From: an uncultured Anaerolineales bacterium
GTDB lineage: Bacteria > Chloroflexota > Anaerolineae > B4-G1
Assembly: GCA_964390305.1 (NCBI GenBank)
Contig: CAYMHT010000001.1
Location: 41 to 64,040, forward strand
Direction of reading: 5' to 3'
Length of the DNA stretch: 64,000 nt
The notes under the pieces are model-generated. The model worked only from the letters and a program-made list of their open reading frames with translations. It ran no database searches and was not told where the DNA came from. A program made the translations under genes and the position numbers. The number at the start of each line of letters is the position of its first letter. The first letter of the stretch is position 1. Below are positions 1 to 9,352 of this stretch, one piece after another.

Positions 1-1004
1 GTCTGAGTCGCCTCTCCTCTGCTCGGTCCGCAGGCCGTCCGGGTTGGAGCGTGGGTGGCGCAGTGAGTCTGGTGATGGGCGCTGTGGCTGTCTATTCGCT
101 CGCCGGCGTACTGGCCCCGGCATTCGCTCCCCCGCGCCCCTTGGGCAACACTGAGATCGAGAGTATACCGAATCAGATTGACGTCAAACTCGGGGCCACG
201 GCACAGCTGCTCGGTTATGCAGTCACGCCGACGGAGGTCAAGCCTGGCGACACCGTGGAGGTCGCGCTCTACTGGAAGCCCCTGGCGCGCACCCAGCACG
301 ACCTCGCCGTCTTTGTTCATCTGATGAGTGACGTAGGCGCCATGATCGCCCAGCGCGACACCTATCCTGGCCTGGGCCGGTACCCGACCACGGCGTGGGA
401 CCCCAGGGTCGTGTTCGCCGATATCTACCGAGTGGAGATTCCGAGCACTACCTACGCGCCAGACAGTGGCTACGTGCAGGTGGGCCTTTACCTGCCTGAT
501 GGCCCTCGCCTCGCTACCGACGAGGGACAAGACACGGTACGGCTCGCAAACGTCACGGTGGATCCGCACCCCGGCGCCGTCCCCAATCCCCTGGACATCA
601 ACTTCGGGGACAAAGTCGCATTGAAGGGATATACGCTTTATCCCCGGGTCGCAGGGCCAGGTGATACCATCCAACTCACCCTCTACTGGGAGGCACTGGC
701 GCCGATGGGGCTCGACTATCACGTATTTGCGCACGTCCTCGGCGACGAGAATCAGATCTGGGCCAACAGCGACAGTCTGCTCACGGACGAAGTAGTCTGC
801 AGCAGTCGGTGGAGGCCCGGCACGCTGGTCAAGGAGGTCCGGGAATTGACACTCCTTGAGGCAACGCCGCCGGATTTCTACGATGTCGAGGTGGGACTCT
901 ACATACCAGGTCAAGACCGTTTGGAGATTCTGGCGGAGGACGGTCGTCACCTTGGAAATCGGACCCTCCTAACTACGGTCCGGGTCGTGAACGACCGTGG
1001 GTGA
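1..1004 (+). CDS. 3' part of a GT-C family membrane glycosyltransferase (paralog P1); the 5' end lies beyond the window start. The visible part is a last TM helix plus two copies of the C-terminal repeat module
   Basis: Frame 3 is open from position 3 with no stop. The product shows a hydrophobic helix followed by two ~120-aa repeats with the LYW...FVHL...GLY-xPG motifs, the same module that ends the downstream paralogs. Confidence 0.55.
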   Translation, partial: LSRLSSARSAGRPGWSVGGAVSLVMGAVAVYSLAGVLAPAFAPPRPLGNTEIESIPNQIDVKLGATAQLLGYAVTPTEVKPGDTVEVALYWKPLARTQHDLAVFVHLMSDVGAMIAQRDTYPGLGRYPTTAWDPRVVFADIYRVEIPSTTYAPDSGYVQVGLYLPDGPRLATDEGQDTVRLANVTVDPHPGAVPNPLDINFGDKVALKGYTLYPRVAGPGDTIQLTLYWEALAPMGLDYHVFAHVLGDENQIWANSDSLLTDEVVCSSRWRPGTLVKEVRELTLLEATPPDFYDVEVGLYIPGQDRLEILAEDGRHLGNRTLLTTVRVVNDRG

Positions 1005-3546
1005 ACCTCGATTGCGCCGCAGGTATTGGGGCAGCGCGCTCCTCCTCTTACTGCTATACGTCGGCGTGGCAGTGGGAACGACATATCCGCTCGTAGGTCA
1101 CCTCACAACGCACCTACCCGGACAAACAACGGATACCTTGGTCCACTACTGGAACGGTTGGTGGGTGCGTCAGGCTTTGAGGAACGGTCAATCGCCCTTT
1201 CGCACCTCATATCTGTTCTACCCCCAGGGACTGAGTTTAGTATACCACAACTTCGCATGGCCCAGCATCCTGGGTTGGCTCGCATTGGAGCCCATAGTAG
1301 GAGGCTTTGCCGGCTACAACTTGGTCTTCCTTCTCAGCCTGGCTCTCTGCGGCTGGACAGCCTCTTTACTAGCATACGACCTGACTGGCGACAGACGGGC
1401 TGCGTTCCTCTCCGGTCTGATCTATCAGTGCTGGCCTTTTCGCATGGCCCAGCTGGATCATCCTAATCTGATCAGCACCTACTCCATTCCGTTGTTCCTG
1501 CTGTTCTTGAACCGTACGGTACGCCGCCACCGGTGGCGGAGCGGTGTGTTCGCAGGCGGTTTCCTCGCTTTGGTTGGCTATACCCGATGGCAACTCCTGA
1601 TTCCTGCTTCCATCATTGGGGGAATCTATCTGGCCTTCACCTTGCCTCGCGCTTGGGCTACGCGTCATCAGTGGCTGCCCCCGCTACTGCTCGCGGGGAG
1701 CGTCGCTGCGCTGGCATTGACCCCGCCGGCGATGCTATTGATGAACGAGCAACAGACCAATCCGGCAAGCTTGGTGAAGCAATCAGATGAGGTCGCAATG
1801 CAGACCGACCTGATGGCCTATCTGACCCCCAGCGCTGCCCACCCTATATTTGGCCCCTTCACCGCGACAGCTTATGATCGATACTACAGCAATCGTAGCA
1901 CAGGGCGCCGCTTCCCCGCCTACGTGGGTGTGGCGACACTGGCCTTAGCTTCTCTCGGCATCTGGCGGGCTTCTCGAAAGAGCATCCCCTGGGTGGTCGG
2001 AGCAGTTGTGCTGATCTCGTTGGCCTTGGGGATGGACCTGCGGATCAACGGCAACGTATATCCAGCTCTTCCGATGCCCTATCGCCTAGCAAGCAAGAGC
2101 TTCCTGGTGCGTCTATTGCGCTTTCCCGACCGCTTCAGTCTGTTTGTGGCGCTGCCGATGTCCATGCTGGCCGCGCATGGCACATCTCACGTTCTGCAGG
2201 CCTTTCGCCATGACAGCAAGAGGCTCGCAGCCAGCACGATGTGCCTGCTATGTGGAGCTGTTGTATTCGAATACCTGGCAGTACCCGCGCCCCACAGGGA
2301 TCCCCAGGCGTCAGACTTCTACCGAGAGATAGCTCACGAATCCCAGGAGTTCGCCATACTGAATCTGCCAATCAACTCCCAGAAGTCGAAAGAGTACATG
2401 TTTGCGCAAGTGACCCACCAACACCCGATCCTCCAGGGAAAGTCAGCTCGTTTACCAGAAGGCACGTATACCTATCTCGACACCCGTCCCTTGCTGCGAA
2501 GCCTAAAGCAGTCCGGTGAGATCGATCCAGCGCTTACCGACGTCAGTCGTCAGCTAACCTCCCTTGCGGACGACGACGTGGCCTACATCGTCCTGCACAA
2601 GCAGGAAGTTGAGGCCGATCGCGTGGCCCGCTGGCGTCGTTATCTCTTGACCACCCCTCGCTTCGAAGATCACCTGATTGCTGCTTTCTCTACGTCTCCT
2701 GTAGCAGGGCGGGATTTCCCTCTGGCACAGGAGCTTTTGCCCGGTATCGGGCCCGTGCACATCGTTACCTCGACTGGTTGCCTCGACCCTGGAGGGGTGC
2801 TAGAGGTAGATATTGGGTGGGGCACAGCACGATCTCTGACACAGGACTTCAGCCTGGAGATATCCCTCGCATCGAACGAAGGAACGACTGCAGAGAGTCG
2901 GGTCTATGCTCTGTCTTCGGACTGGCCCACGTCCAACTGGCCGGCGAATGCCCTGGTGTGGGGTTATTATCCTTTCCACGTGAGCACATCGCTACCCCGT
3001 GGCACCTACGCCGTCGAACTGGCCCTGGTCGACGCAGTGACCGCCGAGAAGGTGGGGCACTCGATGCTCGCTGGAGAGGTGAGAGTCCCCCGCACCAGGT
3101 GCGTCTTTCCTGTCCCCCCGGGTGCCACAAGTGTGAACTCGGTATTTGGCGACGCTCTGCGGCTCTTGGGTTACCGGTTGCTCCGCCAGGGGGACGAATT
3201 GGAGATCACTCTCTACTGGCGTTCGGAACAGAGAATGGAGACCGATTACAAGATCTTCGTCCATGTCTTTGAGCCAACCACCAAAGCTCCCGTAGCGCAG
3301 GACGACTCCATGCCCAAGCGGTGGGCCCATCCAACCACATTGTGGGCACCTGGAGAGCGGGTGGCAGACGTCATCCCTGTCTCGCTCAAAGGCGTGCCGC
3401 AAGGAGAATACGGCGTAGCAGTCGGAGTCTATGATCCGCAGACGATGGAACGTCTCCCTGTCGTCGGTGCCGAGAATCGGTTTTATCCCGATGATCGCCT
3501 CATCCTACAACGAGAGACCGTCGTGGTGGAGAATTCCAAGCCATGA
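997..3546 (+). CDS. GT-C family membrane glycosyltransferase (849 aa, paralog P2) with a multi-TM N-terminus and two C-terminal repeat modules
   Basis: Polytopic hydrophobic N-terminus of about 560 aa. The C-terminus has a degenerate and then a canonical repeat (ITLYWRSEQ...YKIFVHVF...GVYDPQTMERLPV). The GTG start overlaps the P1 stop by 8 nt. Confidence 0.7.
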   Translation: MGEPRLRRRYWGSALLLLLLYVGVAVGTTYPLVGHLTTHLPGQTTDTLVHYWNGWWVRQALRNGQSPFRTSYLFYPQGLSLVYHNFAWPSILGWLALEPIVGGFAGYNLVFLLSLALCGWTASLLAYDLTGDRRAAFLSGLIYQCWPFRMAQLDHPNLISTYSIPLFLLFLNRTVRRHRWRSGVFAGGFLALVGYTRWQLLIPASIIGGIYLAFTLPRAWATRHQWLPPLLLAGSVAALALTPPAMLLMNEQQTNPASLVKQSDEVAMQTDLMAYLTPSAAHPIFGPFTATAYDRYYSNRSTGRRFPAYVGVATLALASLGIWRASRKSIPWVVGAVVLISLALGMDLRINGNVYPALPMPYRLASKSFLVRLLRFPDRFSLFVALPMSMLAAHGTSHVLQAFRHDSKRLAASTMCLLCGAVVFEYLAVPAPHRDPQASDFYREIAHESQEFAILNLPINSQKSKEYMFAQVTHQHPILQGKSARLPEGTYTYLDTRPLLRSLKQSGEIDPALTDVSRQLTSLADDDVAYIVLHKQEVEADRVARWRRYLLTTPRFEDHLIAAFSTSPVAGRDFPLAQELLPGIGPVHIVTSTGCLDPGGVLEVDIGWGTARSLTQDFSLEISLASNEGTTAESRVYALSSDWPTSNWPANALVWGYYPFHVSTSLPRGTYAVELALVDAVTAEKVGHSMLAGEVRVPRTRCVFPVPPGATSVNSVFGDALRLLGYRLLRQGDELEITLYWRSEQRMETDYKIFVHVFEPTTKAPVAQDDSMPKRWAHPTTLWAPGERVADVIPVSLKGVPQGEYGVAVGVYDPQTMERLPVVGAENRFYPDDRLILQRETVVVENSKP

Positions 3547-5558
3547 GCAGACAGTGGCAATGGGCCATCCTCACGGGGATACTTCTGCTGGCTGCCGCGA
3601 TGCGCCTCGTGGCGCTAGGCCAGGTACCTCCTGGGTTAGCTCATGATGAAGTCGCCAACTGGCTCATCGCCCAGGATATCCTGAGCGGAAAGCACACGAT
3701 CTACTTCACCGCCGCCTACGGCCACGAACCGCTCTACCAGTACGTGCAGGCGGCCACCGTCGGGCTTTTCGGGGACCACTGGCTGGGGCTGCGCTGGCCC
3801 TCTTTCGCTTTCGGCCTGCTGGGCATTGTAGCGATCTATGCCCTGATGCGACGTCTGTTTGGCGCACCCGTCGCTCTGCTGACTATCACCTGGCTGACCG
3901 TGAGCTTTTGGCCTCTGTTCTACGCTCGGGTCGGCCTACGAGCTATTACGCTGCCTCTCACTGCCGCGCTCTCCGCCTACTTCCTCTGCCATGCCCCCAA
4001 CCAGCCAGCCAGTCCAACAACACACCAAGCCAGTGGTGCCTCAACACGTCAACTTGCCAATGCACTGCTTGCGGGGCTCTTCCTCGGCTTGAGCCTGTAC
4101 ACCTACATGGCGGCTCGTATTCTTCCCTTCATCTTCGTTACGTTCCTCGTGTATTCAATGCTTGTTTCCTCATCTCGTCTTGATGTCCGCTGGTCTCACC
4201 TGCTTGTGCTGTTTCTTGTCGCTCTCCTCGTGTCCATCCCTCTCGTAATCTGGCTGGCGACCCACCCTGGCGCCGAATATCGCATCTCGGAGATCCGAGA
4301 ACCGCTCGACCGTCTACTTGCGGGCGACCCGACGTTGGTCTGGCAGAATCTGATCGCCAACCTCAAGTCCTTTACGATCGCTGGTGATCCTTGGCCCCAT
4401 CAGAATCTGCCCGGGCGTCCGGTTTTCGCCGACCCGATCGGTGCCGTGTTGTTCTACGCCGGCGTCGGCATCGCGCTGTGGCGCTGGCACGATCCACGCT
4501 ACGGCTTTCTGCTCATCTGGCTGATCGGCGCGCTCGGCCCCAGCGTCGCCACCTCTGTCGCCCCTAGCTCTATCCGCAATATCCTCGGGCTGGTCGTCGT
4601 CTTTGCCTTCCCCGCGATCGCGCTCGCCGAAGCAGGCCGCTGGTTCAAAGGCGAGGTGCAAGGTGTAGCGAACAGGATACAGCGCTGGCCCTTCTTTCTT
4701 GTTGCCTCCTGCTTCTTACTTCTCACTCCCTGTCTCCTTCTCACTGGGCGCGACTACTTCGTCCGCTGGCCCCGGAATGAAGACGTCCGCTATTTCTACC
4801 AAACTGACCTGACCGCCGTGGCCCATCGGCTGGACGAACGGTCACCAGGGACGCCCGCTGTCGTGGCAGGACTTTCAGTGCACACGATGGATCGCCCAAC
4901 GCTGCAGCTCACCGCTTCCGAGCGCGTCGATGACGTCCGCCTCTGCGATACCCGCGAGACACTCGTCCTCCCCGCGTCAGCCAGGAATGAAGGACGGCTG
5001 TTTGTGCCTCGCATTGTCCCCTTCGATCCAGATCTCGAGCAGCGGCTCTTGAAGTGGGGAGCGGACCTTGCAACGTATCAGAATGGGGCCTTCATCACCT
5101 ATCGCTTGCCCGATCGTACCTCGCTGGAGCGCAATCTGGAGCTTCTAGCGGATGAGGCTGCTTTGCCCGACGGCTCGGTGGTGGAGCTCCCGGCCTCCTT
5201 CGGCGGCCACCTTGTTTTCCTCGGCTATGAGTGGCTCCAGAGTAATGGCGGCACTCTCAAGCTGCTGACATATTGGCGCGTTGAGGATCCGCCATCCACT
5301 CGGCTCAAAATCTTCGTACATCTGGTGGACGAGACCGGTCACCAAGTTGGTCAACACGACGGCCTGGGCAGCCCCCCGCAGGGATGGGCCCCTGGGGACT
5401 TGGTCGTACAGAAGCACTTTATAGCGTCCTCCGAGCCGGTTGCCCCTGGGCTTTTCAGCCCACAAGTCGGCCTGTATAATCCCTCCTCCGGGTCACGGCT
5501 CTCCGTCGCCGGTTTTGAGCGATTGTCTCTATCACCCGATGAGGCGAAGGCACCCTGA
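3543..5558 (+). CDS. GT39/ArnT-like (PMT family) GT-C glycosyltransferase (671 aa, paralog P3) with one C-terminal repeat module
   Basis: DE motif after TM1 (LAHDEVANW). ArnT/PMT-like loop (TAAYGHEPLYQYVQAATVGLFGDHWLGLRWPSFAFGLLGIVAIYALMRRLFG). C-terminal LLTYWRVED...KIFVHLVDETG...VGLYNPSSG module. ATGA start-stop overlap with P2. Confidence 0.8.
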   Translation: MSRQWQWAILTGILLLAAAMRLVALGQVPPGLAHDEVANWLIAQDILSGKHTIYFTAAYGHEPLYQYVQAATVGLFGDHWLGLRWPSFAFGLLGIVAIYALMRRLFGAPVALLTITWLTVSFWPLFYARVGLRAITLPLTAALSAYFLCHAPNQPASPTTHQASGASTRQLANALLAGLFLGLSLYTYMAARILPFIFVTFLVYSMLVSSSRLDVRWSHLLVLFLVALLVSIPLVIWLATHPGAEYRISEIREPLDRLLAGDPTLVWQNLIANLKSFTIAGDPWPHQNLPGRPVFADPIGAVLFYAGVGIALWRWHDPRYGFLLIWLIGALGPSVATSVAPSSIRNILGLVVVFAFPAIALAEAGRWFKGEVQGVANRIQRWPFFLVASCFLLLTPCLLLTGRDYFVRWPRNEDVRYFYQTDLTAVAHRLDERSPGTPAVVAGLSVHTMDRPTLQLTASERVDDVRLCDTRETLVLPASARNEGRLFVPRIVPFDPDLEQRLLKWGADLATYQNGAFITYRLPDRTSLERNLELLADEAALPDGSVVELPASFGGHLVFLGYEWLQSNGGTLKLLTYWRVEDPPSTRLKIFVHLVDETGHQVGQHDGLGSPPQGWAPGDLVVQKHFIASSEPVAPGLFSPQVGLYNPSSGSRLSVAGFERLSLSPDEAKAP

Positions 5559-5611
5559 GCACGATGGTTCGCATTCGGCCCGATTGATCGAAGTTCTAGA
5601 AGGTGCTTAGG

Positions 5612-7687
5612 ATGGCACAAGACAAACAACAGCGTCACTGGCTGCCCCCGTGGGCCGTCTCTGTCTTCATCTTTCTGTTAGCCTTCTTGCCACGTGCTGT
5701 CTACCCGGTCTCCCGGCCAATGCAGTGGTACACCCGCGCTGTTCGATTTAGCGATGCGCTGCTGGCGCAGGACTGGGCAGAAGCGTATCAGCGCTATCAC
5801 CCTGGCGTGTCTACGATGTGGCTCTCCAGCATCGGCGTGAGGCTCTATGCCTGGCAGAAAGGGCTGTCAACTGATCAGTTGTTGGGCACCGCGCCGACCA
5901 AGCCCGGCGTCCTAAACGACGCGGTCACAGCAGGCGTAATCCCATTGGCTGTCGTCATTGCCCTGTGCATTGGCCTGTCATACGTGCTGCTCAGCCGCAT
6001 CACTGAGCCCAAGGTCGCATTTGCAGGTAGTTGTCTGCTCGCATTGGACCCTTTCTACATCCCCCACAGCAAAGTGCTTCACGTAGATGCCCTGTTGGCG
6101 ACGTTCATGCTCACGAGTGCCCTGTTCTTGCTCAACTTCCTTCGCCATTCCAGGTCGCTCGATCTGATCTTGAGCGGCGCGTTCGCCGGGCTGGCATTTC
6201 TCAGCAAGAGTCCTTCCTGCTTCCTCATCCCCTACGCAGCCCTGGTAGTAGGGACACACAATGTTCTGCCTCATATCAGATCGGGACAAAAGCGATGGAC
6301 GCACCCATTCTGGGAGACAACCCGCGTCATGCTGCTCTGGGGCATGGTTGCCTGTGTGGTCTTTGTCGCGCTCTGGCCAGCAATGTGGGTCGAACCGGTG
6401 AGTACACTGCGCAAGATAGCAGCGAGAGTCCTGTTTCACATTGGGACCGCGCACTACAACCCTGTCTTCTTCGTCGGCGGGGTCACCCACGAAGACCCTG
6501 GCCCACTTTTCTATCTAGCGACTATCGCGTGGAAGACGACCCTGGTCACGCTGCCGATGCTGTGCGCTGCGATCCTCTTCGAGGCTCGTCAACTGCGGCG
6601 AGGTAAGGGAAACGGGATGGTATGGTTGTTCGCAGCATACGCTGCCTTCTTCACAGCCCAAATGTGCTTGAGTGCGCGAAAGGAGCTAGTTTATCTGTTG
6701 CCCGCTTTCCCGGCACTGGACATGCTGGCGGCGCTGGGCGTAGCGCGGACAGCGGATTCGGTGACCCGAGTCCGCCGTTGGCAGAGACTGGATTGGTTGC
6801 CGTCGGCGATAGTAGGCGGAGTGCTCGTGTTGCAGGCGGTCTTGGTGCTGCCGCGTCATCCCTACTACGGTACACTTCACAACCGTCTGCTGGGTGGAAC
6901 GCGGGTGGCGCAGTACATCCTTCCGCTCCAAGATCAAGGAGAGGGACTAGATCTGGCGGGGCAATACCTGAACACCCTACCTCGAGCACAACGTGCCAGG
7001 GCAGGCCTCTATAGACGCAGCGCTTCCATCTTTCGGCGCAACTTCGTGGGTGCAACCAGCAACATAAGCGACCCCCGTGCCAACTACCGGATCTACTACG
7101 TTAACCAGGTAATGCGTCGTCTCGGGAGCGAGGCGTGGGAGGAGATGTGGCATCTCGACCGGCAGGAGGAGCCTCTGTGGACGGTGACCTTTGGGGGTGT
7201 CACCTACGTCTGGGTCTATGGCGCGCCACCGGCAAAGCCAGCCGCTGGCGGGCCCGAGTACGAAGTGAACTGCCAATTTGGTGAGCATATCCAGCTGGAC
7301 CGCGTGCGCATCAGCACCGAGGTGCTCGCTCCGGGCGACAAACTGACCGTCGTGCCAGTCTGGATGTCGAACGGCGACATCGAGAGAAGCTACAAGGTCT
7401 TCTGCCACATCCTGTCCCAGACCGGCGAGTTGGCCGCACAGCGAGACGATTTTCCCCTCGCAGGCGTCCGCCAGACGCCGAGTTGGCGGCCCGGCGAACT
7501 CATCGAGGACAGCTACGAGATAAAGCTAGAGGACGATATGCCCCCGGGCGAGTATCAGGTCTCACTAGGGATGTATGATCCAGAGAGTATGCACCGCCTA
7601 CCCGTCTATGACGCGGCTGGCAGGCAGTTGGCTGACGAGCGAGTTGTTCTGACATCCGTGCGCGTTGAACAACGGACACAGGACTGA
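5612..7687 (+). CDS. GT-C family polytopic membrane glycosyltransferase (paralog P4) with one C-terminal repeat module
   Basis: Long multi-TM protein. C-terminus VVPVWMSNG...YKVFCHILSQTG...GMYDPESMHRLPV. ATG at 5612 is preferred over the GTG at 5603 because of the upstream GAAGGTG. Confidence 0.65.
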   Translation: MAQDKQQRHWLPPWAVSVFIFLLAFLPRAVYPVSRPMQWYTRAVRFSDALLAQDWAEAYQRYHPGVSTMWLSSIGVRLYAWQKGLSTDQLLGTAPTKPGVLNDAVTAGVIPLAVVIALCIGLSYVLLSRITEPKVAFAGSCLLALDPFYIPHSKVLHVDALLATFMLTSALFLLNFLRHSRSLDLILSGAFAGLAFLSKSPSCFLIPYAALVVGTHNVLPHIRSGQKRWTHPFWETTRVMLLWGMVACVVFVALWPAMWVEPVSTLRKIAARVLFHIGTAHYNPVFFVGGVTHEDPGPLFYLATIAWKTTLVTLPMLCAAILFEARQLRRGKGNGMVWLFAAYAAFFTAQMCLSARKELVYLLPAFPALDMLAALGVARTADSVTRVRRWQRLDWLPSAIVGGVLVLQAVLVLPRHPYYGTLHNRLLGGTRVAQYILPLQDQGEGLDLAGQYLNTLPRAQRARAGLYRRSASIFRRNFVGATSNISDPRANYRIYYVNQVMRRLGSEAWEEMWHLDRQEEPLWTVTFGGVTYVWVYGAPPAKPAAGGPEYEVNCQFGEHIQLDRVRISTEVLAPGDKLTVVPVWMSNGDIERSYKVFCHILSQTGELAAQRDDFPLAGVRQTPSWRPGELIEDSYEIKLEDDMPPGEYQVSLGMYDPESMHRLPVYDAAGRQLADERVVLTSVRVEQRTQD

Positions 7688-7711
7688 CAGCAAGGCAGCC
7701 CTACGGTTTCC

Positions 7712-9352
7712 ATGAAGCATTGTATGGCTCCGCGGTTCCTCATCGTCCTCCTGTTGCTGATCTCCTTCGGCCTGTGCCTCACCAGTGCGATACAAAAATC
7801 GCCAACAATGGATGAGCAAAACCACATTGCCCGGGGAGCTGCCTATCTGGGTACCGGCGATCCACGCCTGAACATCGAGCATCCGCCGGTGGTCAACGTC
7901 CTCAGCGCGCTGCCCTCCCACCTCCTGCTCGATCTCCGTCTGCCACTCGACGAGTGGTGGGAGGTTGCGGAATGGTACCACTTCGCCGACAACTTCTTGT
8001 GGCATGCCAACCAGGATCCCGACGCCATCGTCTTCCTCTCCCGCCTGCCCATCATCGGACTGGGGCTGTTGCTGACCTCCCTTGTCTTCCGTTGGGCGCG
8101 CAGGCGCTTCGGTGCGTGGGGTGGACTGCTTGCGGCTGCCTTCTGTGGGCTGGATCCCAATATCCTGGCCCATGAGCGGCTCTCGACGACAGACCTGGGT
8201 GCCACCTTCTTCATCCTCCTGGCTGCTTATGCGTTCTGGCGGCTCTCGCGGCAACTCTCTCCACGGCGCGTCCTGGCTGCCGGTTTGGCACTGGGGCTCG
8301 CTTTCGCCGCCAAGCTCTCGGCACTGGTCTTCGGTCCCATCCTGGGCCTCACGTTCCTCCTGGATGGGATGCGCCACAGCTCACACCGCGCGCGTCACCT
8401 GCTGCGCCGTCTGGCCCTCGGCGCGGCGGTGGCGACGCTGGCGCTACTGGTGATTTGGGGCAGCTACCTTTTCCAGGTAGGACCGTTCGAAGGCATCAGC
8501 GTCCCAGCGCCAGCACCGCCTTACCTCGAGGGTGTGCAAGCCATACTAAGTCTCGCCGCCGGGGGTCGACCGGCTTACCTGCTGGGCCGGATCAGCACCG
8601 AAGGCTGGTGGTACTACTTCCCGGTCGCTTTCGCGGTCAAGACGCCCCTGCCCACTCTGCTCGGCCTGCTCGTCGCAAGCCTAGTGATGATTCTGCAACC
8701 GAGCCGCGACGACCTGTTCGTCTGGTTTCCGCCGCTGGCTTTCTTCCTAATCCTCATGACCGCTCGTCTCAACCTGGGGTATCGGCACTTATTGCCCATC
8801 CTGCCTTTCCTCGCCATCCATGTTGGTCGCCTTGCTCAACCCTCTGCCTTTCGCTTTCTGGCGCATCAGTCCTCACAGGTTGACTTATGCCGCTTTGTAA
8901 GTATCGTCCTCGCCGCCTGGCTGACAGCGAGCACCGTCTCGATCTATCCTCACTTCCTCGCCTACTTCAGTCCCCTCGGTGGCGGCCCAGAGAACGGCTG
9001 GCGCATCCTCGTCGATTCCAACATCGATTGGGGCCAGGATCTGAAAGAGCTGCGGAAGTGGATGGTGCACGGAAACGTTGAGCGGGTCAAGCTGAGCTGG
9101 TTTGGGAGCGCTCCGCCGGAGGCTTACGGCATAGAGCACCAGTTGCTGGTCGGCGTCCCTCATGGGTTCACGATGTGGCAAGATCCGCCCTTCAATCCTG
9201 ATCAACCAGAGCCGGGGGTTTACGCAATAAGCGTGACCAATCTGGTAGGAGCAGCGCTTCCCGACCCAGACCTGTACGCGTGGTTCCGGAGGCATCCGCC
9301 CGACGATCGAGTCGGCTACACCATCTTCATCTATCGAGTCGAAGCGCCATGA
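7712..9352 (+). CDS. GT39/PMT_2-like GT-C membrane glycosyltransferase (546 aa, paralog P5); the only member of the family without the C-terminal repeat module
   Basis: DE motif in the first loop (PTMDEQNHIARG). About 11 predicted TM segments. Ends ...GYTIFIYRVEAP without the repeat motif. Confidence 0.7.
   Translation: MKHCMAPRFLIVLLLLISFGLCLTSAIQKSPTMDEQNHIARGAAYLGTGDPRLNIEHPPVVNVLSALPSHLLLDLRLPLDEWWEVAEWYHFADNFLWHANQDPDAIVFLSRLPIIGLGLLLTSLVFRWARRRFGAWGGLLAAAFCGLDPNILAHERLSTTDLGATFFILLAAYAFWRLSRQLSPRRVLAAGLALGLAFAAKLSALVFGPILGLTFLLDGMRHSSHRARHLLRRLALGAAVATLALLVIWGSYLFQVGPFEGISVPAPAPPYLEGVQAILSLAAGGRPAYLLGRISTEGWWYYFPVAFAVKTPLPTLLGLLVASLVMILQPSRDDLFVWFPPLAFFLILMTARLNLGYRHLLPILPFLAIHVGRLAQPSAFRFLAHQSSQVDLCRFVSIVLAAWLTASTVSIYPHFLAYFSPLGGGPENGWRILVDSNIDWGQDLKELRKWMVHGNVERVKLSWFGSAPPEAYGIEHQLLVGVPHGFTMWQDPPFNPDQPEPGVYAISVTNLVGAALPDPDLYAWFRRHPPDDRVGYTIFIYRVEAP

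Noticed and set aside
7598-8377. 259-aa minus-strand ORF overlapping the P4 and P5 junction
   Set aside because: It is antisense to two well-supported membrane-protein genes, has a biased Q/E/G/R-rich composition and no motif. I treat it as a GC-content artefact.
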